A stretch of 40,523 bases of DNA from Solirubrobacteraceae bacterium. Lineage in GTDB: Bacteria; Actinomycetota; Thermoleophilia; Solirubrobacterales; Solirubrobacteraceae. Made by a program: the position numbers and the translations under genes. This document shows positions 1 through 8,621 of the stretch, piece after piece (positions within the stretch are counted from its first letter, which is position 1; every line of letters starts with the position of its first letter). The stretch covers positions 1 through 40,523 of the forward strand of contig DATHPT010000377.1 in the NCBI GenBank assembly GCA_035483615.1, written 5' to 3'. Under the pieces are notes generated by a model, which made no database searches, had not been told where the DNA came from, and saw nothing but the letters and a program-made list of their open reading frames with translations.

Positions 1-682
1 CGCCACCGAGCCCCCACAGGAGCACGATCGGGTTGAGGCCGACGAGCACTATCGCCGCGACCGGGTCGCGCCCGAGCAGCCGAGCCGAGCGCCACACGAG
101 CAGCACGGTGGCGAGGCTCGCCAGCATCAGCAGTCCCTTCAGCGTCCAGAAAGACGCCGCCACTCCCAGCGGGACCACCGCGAAGGTCATGAGCGTGAAC
201 AGCGGGCCGTAGGGGCTCAGCAACTGGTGCCAGTTGCTGAGCGCGAAGCTCGGATCGCTGTGGGGCTCCAGGATCGGTGGCGTCGTGTAGGGATTGAGAT
301 GGTGGGCAATCTCCATCCGCCCGTAGTTGACGTAGTTAAAGACGTCGGTGAGCGCGAGCGGCGGCGCGAGGAACATGATCGCGTGGGCGCCGATCACCGC
401 CGCTATCGCCCAGCGTGCCCGCAGACGCGGCACGTACTTCAGGCCGGCCAGGTAGCTCGCGTACATGACCACGATCGCGGCGCTGAACAGATACCTAAGG
501 CCCTGGGTGCTGCGGGTCAACGATGGCCACAGGCCGCCGAGCGGCCCTGCCATCCAATGCGGGAAGAAGTGCGGTGTGGTGGTGGAGGAGAGGACGCTTG
601 GGCGATCGGCGGCCGCCACCACGACCAGTGCGCAGCACGCGAGGATCGCGATCAGGGCCCCGGCCCCGATCGCCACGTCCAC
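1..682 (-). CDS. Polyprenol-phosphomannose-dependent alpha-mannosyltransferase (MptB/GT87-like, GT-C), runs off the window's left edge
   Basis: My translation of the minus strand (absent from the ORF track) gives a multi-TM protein: ...LALTDVFNYVNYGRMEIAHHLNPY...LSPYGPLF...LNPIVLLWGLGG. These match the DxxxY..GR...NPY, PYGP and LNP motifs of the MptA/B family. The GTG start at 682 is tentative. Confidence 0.8.
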   Translation of the reverse strand, partial: MDVAIGAGALIAILACCALVVVAAADRPSVLSSTTTPHFFPHWMAGPLGGLWPSLTRSTQGLRYLFSAAIVVMYASYLAGLKYVPRLRARWAIAAVIGAHAIMFLAPPLALTDVFNYVNYGRMEIAHHLNPYTTPPILEPHSDPSFALSNWHQLLSPYGPLFTLMTFAVVPLGVAASFWTLKGLLMLASLATVLLVWRSARLLGRDPVAAIVLVGLNPIVLLWGLGG

Positions 683-773
683 ACGCCGGCGAGCGTCCGT
701 CCCCAGAAAGTCGGCGGGGCCCCGTAGGGCCCCGATGACATGCTCGCTGGTGCTACTAAGCGCTGTCAGCAGC

Positions 774-977
774 TCAGATGGTCGTGACGTTCACGGCCTT
801 CGGGCCCTTGTCGCCCTGCTCCGCGTCGTAGGACACCTTCGTGCCCTCCTGGAGCGAGCGATAGCCTTCGCCGTTGATCCCTGTGTGGTGGACGAACAAG
901 TCCTTGTCGCCATCATCGGGGGTGATGAAGCCGAACCCCTTGTCGTCGCTGAACCACTTCACTGTGCCGGTAGGCAT
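774..977 (-). CDS. cspA: Cold-shock protein (CSD)
   Basis: 67 aa, [15 protein letters not shown] (RNP1), DLFVHHT (RNP2), KGPKAVNV; GGAGG RBS upstream. Confidence 0.97.
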   Translation of the reverse strand: MPTGTVKWFSDDKGFGFITPDDGDKDLFVHHTGINGEGYRSLQEGTKVSYDAEQGDKGPKAVNVTTI

Positions 978-1134
978 GTGATTTTTCCTCCACGATATGT
1001 GCGTGCTGCTACGCGGAGGATGCTGCTAGAGCTTCGACCTGCGAGCGCTTGCACTGCTTTTTCGCCGGGTTTTTTAGCCGGCCAGACTGCACGAAGGTAG
1101 CAGGTCGATCCTCCGATGTGTTAGCAAGTGGTAT

Positions 1135-1947
1135 ATGGCCAGCGACCCCCAGGACCCCGCTCCAGAACCTCCACCGATGCTGCGGCGCCTGCTCGAGCCC
1201 GGCGATCCGACCACCGTGCAGCAGCTCATGGACGAGCTCGAGCTTCCCACCCATGGGATCGGGTCACGCTCGCGTCCCTACCTGGTGCTGAACATGGTCA
1301 GCACCGCCGATGGCCGCGCCACCCTCGGGGGACGCTCGGGCGCGATCGGCAACCGCGCAGACAAAGAGCTGTTCCACGGTCTGCGCACGACGGTCGACGC
1401 GGTGATGGCCGGCGCCGGGACGGTCCGTGCCGAGCGCTACCGGCGGCTGGTCCGCGACGAGCGTCGCAGGGAGATCCGGCGTGAGCGCGGCCTCACTGAA
1501 GAACCGCTTGCGTGCATCGTCTCAGGACGCCTTGCCCTGAACAGCGAGATCCCGCTGCTGGCCGATCCCGGCGCGCGCGTGGCGATCGTGACGACCTCCG
1601 AAGCGAGCCTCCCCGACGAGTGCAGCGCCGAGATCGACTACATACGCGCCACGCGCGAGGGAGCGCTGGACCTGCCGAGCGCGATGTCCGAGCTGCACGA
1701 GCGCTTCGGCGTGCGCACCGTCCTCTGCGAGGGCGGACCCCACCTGAACTCCCAGCTTCTGGCGGCAGGCCTGGTGGACGAGCTGTTCCTCTCGCTGTCC
1801 CCCAAGCTCGCCGGCGGAGACGCGATGAGCGAGACGCTGAGAATCCTGAGCGGGCCGGAAATCGACCCGCCGGCCGCCCTCGATCTGCTCGCCGCGCTGG
1901 AGCACGAATCCCACCTGTTCCTGCGCTATCGGGTGGCGAGCAGCTAG
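1135..1947 (+). CDS. RibD C-terminal domain / pyrimidine reductase family protein
   Basis: NMVSTADGRAT, LRTTVDAVMAGAGTVRAERY and VLCEGGPHLNSQLLAAGLVDELFLSLSPKLAGG motifs; no deaminase domain. Confidence 0.9.
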   Translation: MASDPQDPAPEPPPMLRRLLEPGDPTTVQQLMDELELPTHGIGSRSRPYLVLNMVSTADGRATLGGRSGAIGNRADKELFHGLRTTVDAVMAGAGTVRAERYRRLVRDERRREIRRERGLTEEPLACIVSGRLALNSEIPLLADPGARVAIVTTSEASLPDECSAEIDYIRATREGALDLPSAMSELHERFGVRTVLCEGGPHLNSQLLAAGLVDELFLSLSPKLAGGDAMSETLRILSGPEIDPPAALDLLAALEHESHLFLRYRVASS

Positions 1948-1950
1948 CTC

Positions 1951-2047
1951 TCCACCGAAGCGACGCTTGACCAGCCAGGTATCCACCGAAGCGACGCTTG
2001 ACCAGCCAGGTATCCATCGAAGCGAGGCTTGACCCAGCCGGCTATCC
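1951..2047. repeat. Three tandem copies of a 31-bp unit (TCCACCGAAGCGACGCTTGACCAGCCAGGTA) between convergent genes
   Basis: Copies start at 1951, 1982 and 2013. The first two are identical, the third is degenerate, and there are no spacers. Confidence 0.9.
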
Positions 2048-2767
2048 GCCGGGGCGACGCTCCTTGGCAAGGACCGCCACGTTCAGCACGACGCTGTTGG
2101 GCACCATCACAAGACCCTCGTCGGTGAGCAGGTTCGCATAGAGCAGACCGAGTGAGCTGACAGTGCCTTCTATCTGACCGGCGAGCGGGCCACCCTGCAG
2201 GCGCACGCGATCGCCCACGCGAAACGGTCGGGCACTCAGCAAGACGGTTCCGGCGATCACGTTGCCAAGCGTCTGCTGAGCCGCGAGGCCCACGATCACA
2301 GCCGTGAAGGCCCCGCCCAGCGCGAGCGTGCGCGGTTCCACGCCGGCCACACTCAGCGCCACCACAAGCGCGACGGCGATCGTGGCGAGCCGGATCACGA
2401 AACCGACGGTGCCCGCCATCGCGGGGTCCAGGCGCCTGAACAGCGCCGGTCCAAAGGCCCGGCCGATGGCGCGCGCGATCGTCCAGCCGAGGATCAACAG
2501 GATCACGACGGTCACGAGATCGATCGGCGTTTCAAGCCACGAGAGTTCCCCACGACCGTGCTTGTCGAGCCCGAGCAGGCTGCGGCGGTGTTCGTAGAGC
2601 ACCACCACCCCCACGAACAGCGGCACCAGGAACAGCGCCTCCCAGCGCGCCCGTCTCACCGCGCCGGGGCTCACCTCATGCAGCAGGCCGGCTTCACTCC
2701 AAGCCTGGCTGCGCGTCTCGAACATCTTCGGCGGGGTCTTCGGTCGCGGCACCATCCCGGGAATCAT
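2042..2767 (-). CDS. mscS: Small-conductance mechanosensitive channel (MscS family)
   Basis: TM segments followed by GLAAQQTLGNVIAGTVLLSARPFRVGDRV...EGTV...VMVPNS; C-terminal domain short. Confidence 0.88.
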   Translation of the reverse strand: MIPGMVPRPKTPPKMFETRSQAWSEAGLLHEVSPGAVRRARWEALFLVPLFVGVVVLYEHRRSLLGLDKHGRGELSWLETPIDLVTVVILLILGWTIARAIGRAFGPALFRRLDPAMAGTVGFVIRLATIAVALVVALSVAGVEPRTLALGGAFTAVIVGLAAQQTLGNVIAGTVLLSARPFRVGDRVRLQGGPLAGQIEGTVSSLGLLYANLLTDEGLVMVPNSVVLNVAVLAKERRPGG

Positions 2768-2783
2768 CTACTCTTCAGCGGCG

Positions 2784-3035
2784 ATGAGCGCCACGACCAT
2801 GCGCAAGTTGATCGTTCCCGCTGTCGTGCTTGGCGTGCTCCTGGTGATCGTCGCGATCATCTATTTCGTGGAGCCGGCGCACTCGCTGCCCTCGTTCTTC
2901 CCAGGGCACGTGTCCGCGTCGAGCAGCGAAGCCGACCACCACCACTCAAAGCACGGCATCGCGGCACTGGTGCTGGCGCTCGCGTGCTTCGCGTTCGCAT
3001 GGTTCCAGAGCGGCCCGAAGACCGCGCGCGCCTAG
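2784..3035 (+). CDS. Small two-TM membrane protein with a His-rich loop
   Basis: 83 aa with two hydrophobic segments flanking AHSLPSFFPGH...DHHHSKHG; fills the gap between mscS and uppP exactly. Confidence 0.7.
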   Translation: MSATTMRKLIVPAVVLGVLLVIVAIIYFVEPAHSLPSFFPGHVSASSSEADHHHSKHGIAALVLALACFAFAWFQSGPKTARA

Positions 3036-3037
3036 TA

Positions 3038-3934
3038 TCAGTTGACTGCAAACGCCAGCGTGCTGGCGGCGCCGAGCACGATGCAGTAGATGCCGAAGGG
3101 CGTCAGCCGGTTCGACTGGAACCAGCGCAGCAGGAACTTCACCGCCAGGAACGTCGTGACCGCCGCGCACAGCCCGGCCACAAGCGCCTGCCCCCGCACG
3201 CCATTGCCCTGTGAGCCCAGCAGTTCGGGGACCTTCAGGGCGGCAGCCGCGAGGATCACCGGGGTGGCGAGCAGGAAGCTGTAGCGGGCGGCGTCCTCGT
3301 TGGAGAGGCCCACGAGCAGACCACCGCCCATCGAGAAGCCCGAGCGCGAGATTCCCGGGATCAGCGCCGCGGCCTGTGAGACGCCGACCGCCCCCGCCTG
3401 GCGCCAGCTCAGCTTGGCGATGCGCTCGTCCCCATCTCCCAGGTAGTCGCCAGGGGTCGGAGGTCGCCTGCGCCAGCGCTCGAACAGCAGCAGCGCGACC
3501 CCGTTGACGATCAGGAAGGCAGCGGCGATCGACGGCGATGCGAACAGTTTGCGCAGCGGTTCCTGCAGCAGCAGTCCGATGATCCCAACCGGGATCGTAC
3601 CCACGACAAGCAGCCAGCCAAGCCGCGCGTCGACGTCGTCCTCGCGGATCTCCCGCATCGCGAGCGAGCGGAAGATGCCTTTGACGATCCTCACCCAGTC
3701 CTTGATGAAGAACAGCAGCAGCACGAGCGCGGTGGCGAGATGCGTGGCCACCAGGAATGTCAGGAAGTAGGGGTCGCCCTGGTGCAGGTTCCAGCCCGCG
3801 AGGCCGGGCAGAACGACGGCGTGGCCGAGACTCGAGACCGGAAAAGGCTCGGTGGCGCCTTGGGTCAAGCCCAGGATTATCGCCTGGAAGTAGCTGATGG
3901 AGGATGCGACTGGAGTCGCTAGGAGGGGCCACAT
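3038..3934 (-). CDS. uppP: Undecaprenyl-diphosphate phosphatase (BacA/UppP)
   Basis: QAIILGLTQGATEPFPVSSLGH, ALIPGISRSG and AARYSFLLATP motifs. Confidence 0.95.
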   Translation of the reverse strand: MWPLLATPVASSISYFQAIILGLTQGATEPFPVSSLGHAVVLPGLAGWNLHQGDPYFLTFLVATHLATALVLLLFFIKDWVRIVKGIFRSLAMREIREDDVDARLGWLLVVGTIPVGIIGLLLQEPLRKLFASPSIAAAFLIVNGVALLLFERWRRRPPTPGDYLGDGDERIAKLSWRQAGAVGVSQAAALIPGISRSGFSMGGGLLVGLSNEDAARYSFLLATPVILAAAALKVPELLGSQGNGVRGQALVAGLCAAVTTFLAVKFLLRWFQSNRLTPFGIYCIVLGAASTLAFAVN

Positions 3935-4046
3935 TTGCGGGTGGAGCTTATGGGAACAAGGTCACCAATGCCTCAGGATGCGACTCATCTCATCCGTCTG
4001 TCCACCCGCACCGACCAGGCCGGCGCGGACCGACGATCAATAACGC

Positions 4047-7000
4047 TCAGTGCCTGCGCCTTTGTCGCTCGGTAGCGTTCGACATGCCGCGGGCGTAAGC
4101 CGGTAACGTTTGTCTACCGGGACGACCGCGCCGAATCCCAACTCCTGCACCCGCCGCGATCATTACAAGCAGGAGTATCCACGGTCGAAGGTCGGTGCGT
4201 TCGTTGTTGTCGTAGACGGCGAAGCTGTTCACGTGCTCGTGCGCTGCCTCCTCTTCGCGTTCGTCGTGAGGCGCAACGGAGCTTTGGTAGACCTGCGCGG
4301 TGCCGCTTGGCGGCGCCGGACGGGCGGCAGGAGGAGGCGGGGGCGGAACTATTACCCTGGGGACTGCTATCAGCGGTGGCTGGAGTGGGAAGAACAGCAG
4401 CGGGGCGACCTGGACCGCATGGACGGTGGGCGAAACTGGAGAGGTCGGGACCGGCGGAGCCGCAAACTGGATCTTCGGGCTCGTGGGCGAAGAGCCCAGA
4501 CTCGGTGGTTCCACCGAGGGGAACAGTGTGCTTTCCGGTGCGACTGCCGCCGGCGGTTCCTTGAGCGGGACAGTACCGCACGGGTACAGAACCGAGCCAC
4601 CCTGCACGGTCACGGGCTCGGAATATGTGAGTCCCCCAGCTGTTATGGAGACCGTGGTGGTACCGGAGTTGAACGCACAGAAGAGCCCCGAACGGGGATC
4701 CGCCACCGGAAGCCTGTTTGGGCCGAGCTCCACCTGACGTGGGTTGCTGGATGTGGGGTCGTGCGCAACGAAGTTTCCGATGTCGGGTTTTGAGGAGCTG
4801 AAGGTGTAGTCGCTTGCTACGGCATCCGCGCAGTTTGGGCCTATGCAGTTGAAGGGGATCTCTTCGTAGGAGCCGGGACCACGTAGAAGCCGTCCACCGC
4901 CACCGTTCGCAGCGCGCCCGCTTTCCGGTAGTCGCGCAAGTGCTTCGAAGAGCGCCACTTGACTGCGTCGCAACAGCACTCCATCGGCTGCATTTAGCGC
5001 GAGTTGGCCGATATTGGACTCGATACGTGCCGCAACTGGCGCTACGCCGGTTTCCGGGTTGCGTGCGGCGGCGTTGACTTCGAGCAACAGAAATCCACTG
5101 GAGACAAGCGAGTCACCCACGGGTGTGGAGGGCGGCGCTGAGTAGCCGAGCGCTCCGCTGCCGAATGCAGGAATGTGAGCATCGCCAGATCTAACTTCAG
5201 TTTGGACATTGACGCCTGGGTAATCGAACAGGTACGCGGAGGCGCCGTCGCGGACGAGGATTTCCGACACAGTCGATGCATCGCCGGCCTCCAGCGGCAC
5301 GGGGCCTTCTGAGGTCATATCGGGCAGCTTGAAATTCAAAGCGGCGTTGCCCATGACGATTGCGGGAACGTGCAGCTGCGACCTTGCTTCGCTCAGCTTG
5401 GCTTCAAGCCAGGCCTGCTGTTCTGCGCTCAGTGACCCACTCGAGAAGTCGAGGACGATCACCATCACGTTCCCGCTGGTTCCTGTGGAGAGGAAGGAGT
5501 AATAGGCGCGACCTTCTTCTGGCCCATACCCGCTCAAGGCCGCGACAAATGGTTCAAGACCACGTCCGGCGGCAACGTCCGTCGGCGACGCTGCCACATG
5601 GACCGGCAACGATCCGGCTGCTCCCAGCAGCTGTGCGTAGCGAGCCATTTCGCGATTGAACTCTTCAGCGCCTTCAGGTGTGCCGCTCACCGCGGCGGCT
5701 TCGGTTGACAGGCGTTCCCCTGTGTAGAGAAAGCCCCGCAGATTGCCCGAGGAGCCCGCAGAGATTTGCTGGGCGCTCTGCAGCGCGTGGGTCAGCAGCA
5801 CGTCCGGGCCAAGCCCAATGTTCGTCGAGTCCGCGCACAGAGATCCACACGCTGCCCCGCCGCCGACGGCGAAGCTGACGAGTCCCGGGGTTGCCGTGAC
5901 TGGCGAGGAGGCGTCGATCGCGCTCGATTGTTCCTGAGCGCCGAAGCGCATCGCCGCCGCCGTTTGGAAGGGGTCTTCGACCAGGGGCTTTGAGCCTGGG
6001 TTATCTGTCTGCCCACCCACGGCGAACCCTGAGTGGCCGCTGGGATCGATGAGCAGGGCGAGAATCGGATCGGGGCGCACCTGCAGGTCGTGGGGTTCCG
6101 CTCTACCCACAGCCGGCGGTGTGCCGATCGTCATGTGCTCCATGTCGCTCCAGCCCGAAGCCGTTTCGATCAGCAGGTACCCACTGTCAGGCAGCGGATC
6201 GGGGCCCGCATGCGACGGCGGGCGTCCTGGCTCGGGGGCAGGAAGCGCGTCTTCTGAGTATGCGGTCCCGTTGGTGCCGACTTGCCCGGGGTTGTGCGCA
6301 CTGTCGAGATCGATGGACACGGCGGCACGCAGCGCTCCCGAGGCATCTCTATAGGCGGCGAGCGCAGCGACGTTCTGAGCTTCGGGCAACGGCTGTGCCG
6401 AGAAATGCCACGATGCACCAGGAGAGTCACGCTCGATCACGAGTCCGGGGCCCGCCGCCACGACGCCGCCATCCGGCAGCCCCGCGATCTTTGAAAGCAC
6501 GCTGTCTTCTGGCTGGGGCAACTGCCCGAGCAACGTGGCGGCAGTGGGGTCTATGTGCCACCCCGTGCCTTCCTGAACCGCCACGCCCCCACTCTCGCTG
6601 GTTCTCCCATCGGCGTTCGTCGAATATGTGCGGTAGCTGGCAAACGCCTCCCCCCCGGCGAATGTGACCGACGTGAAGTTGACGTTCTGGAGGTCTTCTG
6701 GGAGCGATTCCTGAGTCCAGGTCTTTCCGTAGCGCAACAGCACGCCCTGCTTGCCCACCGCGTAGCCGAGGTTTGGGTCGCTGGGTGAGAAAGCGACTGC
6801 TGAAAGGTTGCCCACGAAGTTGTAGGGAGCCGCCGGGTCGAGCTCCCATAGACCCGTGTCCGCACGCCAGAGCAACATCGTCCCGGCGTCGCCAACCGCG
6901 TAGGCCCGCCCCGGTTCGGGCCACGCCACACCTCGCAGCGTGGGTTGCTCGCCCGAGGCGCCGTAGAGCGTTTCCGGCCGCCAGCCTATCCCTGGCACGT

Positions 7001-8621
7001 AGTGACCGATCTCACCACCCACTCCCACCGCGATCGCTTCGGCGCCAGGATCGCCGGGGGTGGTCTGTGGCGCTTGAGCAACCGCCAGCAGCGGACGGCC
7101 GAAGGGAACCGGCATCGGTTGAAGCTGATCGCCCTGGGGAGCTTCATCGACCTTGACGAGCTGAGATACGCCCTCCGCATCTGGACCGTCGTTGGTGCTG
7201 GCCTGCACGATCCATCCACTCTGGGGAGAGTCGAAGGCGGAGCCGAGCGTACCGGCCACTACCGTGCCCGAGCCCGGCGTATATGCGAATTCCCCCCCGG
7301 TAGCCGGCGAGAGCTCGAGCATCGCCCCAGTGGCGAGCGTAGCGATGATGCGCGTCCCTGGTTCCCCAGGCGTTGAGGCGGGCCAAGCATAGCTTTGATA
7401 CGCGGAGGGAAGCGACGCGCCGAGCGAGTGAGAGCATTCAAGTTCAGGTGACGCCTGATAGCACCAGGTGCCGGCGCTGCTCGCTTCGAGTCTTTCCGAA
7501 CCGCCACCGGTGCTCGAAGGTGCCGGTGCGCTTACGAGCTCGGTAGCGGAGACGGGCACGCTACCGATGTGCTTGATCTGAAAATCGACCCAGACACCCT
7601 GTGATGTCACCGTCAGCATCTGAGCCGCGGAGCCAAGCGGCGAACCCTTTTCCAATAGATCACCAGCGGGCTCGTCCTGCTTCCAGGCAAACCCCGTTCC
7701 TAAAGCGGCAGGAACACGTCGAAACAGCGATAGCCGGTTGGGGGCAGATCTGGCTTCGCTCGCGTAGGCCGCAAGCATCCAGCAGCTCTCCGATGCGCTT
7801 TCGGTGGCCTGACTGGTGGCCGGCCCACACGCTATCGACTCGGGGGTGAAGCCTGAATTGCTTGTGCTCGCCCCTTCGATCGGCTCACGCGCCCACTTGG
7901 AGCCATCGTAGAAGAGCACTCCAAGTTCGACCTTCGGAAGCCCGCTTCCGTCCCCATAGGGTGCGATCAAAAGTCCCGTGGTGGGACCATCGCTCGTCGA
8001 GGTCGCGCTCTGTTCTATCGCGGCATATGGCGTGGGCGTTTCTGAAGACACCGATTGGGGCGGAAGCGATTCGCTTTCAGCCAGCAGTTCGGAGGGTGGA
8101 GCTGGAGCCACGCGCATGGAGCCGCTCGGATCGCGAATCACAGTCCCACCCTGGGTCAGCAGCACAAGGCCGCCGGCCGGCGTCACACGCCCGCCCAGTG
8201 CACCCAGTGAGCGCGGAAGGCCAGTGCCACTGCTGAGCGGTTCACCGCCCTGCCCTGGCGGAAGCGGCGCCACTTGCCAGCCAGCAGCGTTGGTGTACTC
8301 GAGAAGCGCGATCTGATCGGCGTAGGAATTGCCGTCGATCTCGGTGGGCGCATGGCCGAGCTGCCCGTAGGCCCACGTCTCGCCTGGCTGCGCCGCGGGC
8401 GAGGCGCCGAGGATCGTAATGCCGCTGGCCGGCATTCCAAGCAAAGGTTCATAATGATCGCTTGCGGTTGGGGCTTGAGCCGCTCTTTGCAAGGTATTGC
8501 TGGCGAACGGTGACAGAGGCACCGCCGTGGAGAGCGTGGCGCTTGCGTGCCCGAGGCCGAGCTTTACCGCGATCAGCGCGACGATTGCGAGCACACCGCA
8601 AAGACGGACGATGCGCCTCAT
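4047..8621 (-). CDS. 1524-aa secreted, C-terminally membrane-anchored multidomain protein (propeller-like repeats, degenerate metallophosphoesterase-like domain, Ig-like domain, Pro-rich stalk, TM, Arg tail)
   Basis: Signal peptide; repeated (A/Y)AVG..G...W blades; YYSF...VIVLD...QQAWL segment; GTTTVSITAGG; poly-Pro; WILLLVMIAAGAGVGIRR. Paralog of 29501..34213. Overlaps the upstream gene by 4 bp. Confidence 0.85.
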   Translation of the reverse strand: MRRIVRLCGVLAIVALIAVKLGLGHASATLSTAVPLSPFASNTLQRAAQAPTASDHYEPLLGMPASGITILGASPAAQPGETWAYGQLGHAPTEIDGNSYADQIALLEYTNAAGWQVAPLPPGQGGEPLSSGTGLPRSLGALGGRVTPAGGLVLLTQGGTVIRDPSGSMRVAPAPPSELLAESESLPPQSVSSETPTPYAAIEQSATSTSDGPTTGLLIAPYGDGSGLPKVELGVLFYDGSKWAREPIEGASTSNSGFTPESIACGPATSQATESASESCWMLAAYASEARSAPNRLSLFRRVPAALGTGFAWKQDEPAGDLLEKGSPLGSAAQMLTVTSQGVWVDFQIKHIGSVPVSATELVSAPAPSSTGGGSERLEASSAGTWCYQASPELECSHSLGASLPSAYQSYAWPASTPGEPGTRIIATLATGAMLELSPATGGEFAYTPGSGTVVAGTLGSAFDSPQSGWIVQASTNDGPDAEGVSQLVKVDEAPQGDQLQPMPVPFGRPLLAVAQAPQTTPGDPGAEAIAVGVGGEIGHYVPGIGWRPETLYGASGEQPTLRGVAWPEPGRAYAVGDAGTMLLWRADTGLWELDPAAPYNFVGNLSAVAFSPSDPNLGYAVGKQGVLLRYGKTWTQESLPEDLQNVNFTSVTFAGGEAFASYRTYSTNADGRTSESGGVAVQEGTGWHIDPTAATLLGQLPQPEDSVLSKIAGLPDGGVVAAGPGLVIERDSPGASWHFSAQPLPEAQNVAALAAYRDASGALRAAVSIDLDSAHNPGQVGTNGTAYSEDALPAPEPGRPPSHAGPDPLPDSGYLLIETASGWSDMEHMTIGTPPAVGRAEPHDLQVRPDPILALLIDPSGHSGFAVGGQTDNPGSKPLVEDPFQTAAAMRFGAQEQSSAIDASSPVTATPGLVSFAVGGGAACGSLCADSTNIGLGPDVLLTHALQSAQQISAGSSGNLRGFLYTGERLSTEAAAVSGTPEGAEEFNREMARYAQLLGAAGSLPVHVAASPTDVAAGRGLEPFVAALSGYGPEEGRAYYSFLSTGTSGNVMVIVLDFSSGSLSAEQQAWLEAKLSEARSQLHVPAIVMGNAALNFKLPDMTSEGPVPLEAGDASTVSEILVRDGASAYLFDYPGVNVQTEVRSGDAHIPAFGSGALGYSAPPSTPVGDSLVSSGFLLLEVNAAARNPETGVAPVAARIESNIGQLALNAADGVLLRRSQVALFEALARLPESGRAANGGGGRLLRGPGSYEEIPFNCIGPNCADAVASDYTFSSSKPDIGNFVAHDPTSSNPRQVELGPNRLPVADPRSGLFCAFNSGTTTVSITAGGLTYSEPVTVQGGSVLYPCGTVPLKEPPAAVAPESTLFPSVEPPSLGSSPTSPKIQFAAPPVPTSPVSPTVHAVQVAPLLFFPLQPPLIAVPRVIVPPPPPPAARPAPPSGTAQVYQSSVAPHDEREEEAAHEHVNSFAVYDNNERTDLRPWILLLVMIAAGAGVGIRRGRPGRQTLPAYARGMSNATERQRRRH

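Noticed and set aside
465-1100. 211-aa plus-strand ORF
   Set aside because: Antisense shadow of cspA and the mannosyltransferase.
1135-1947. Bifunctional ribD
   Set aside because: Lacks the N-terminal deaminase (HAE/PCxxC) domain.
1951-2047. CRISPR array
   Set aside because: The 31-bp units are directly adjacent with no unique spacers, and there are no cas genes.
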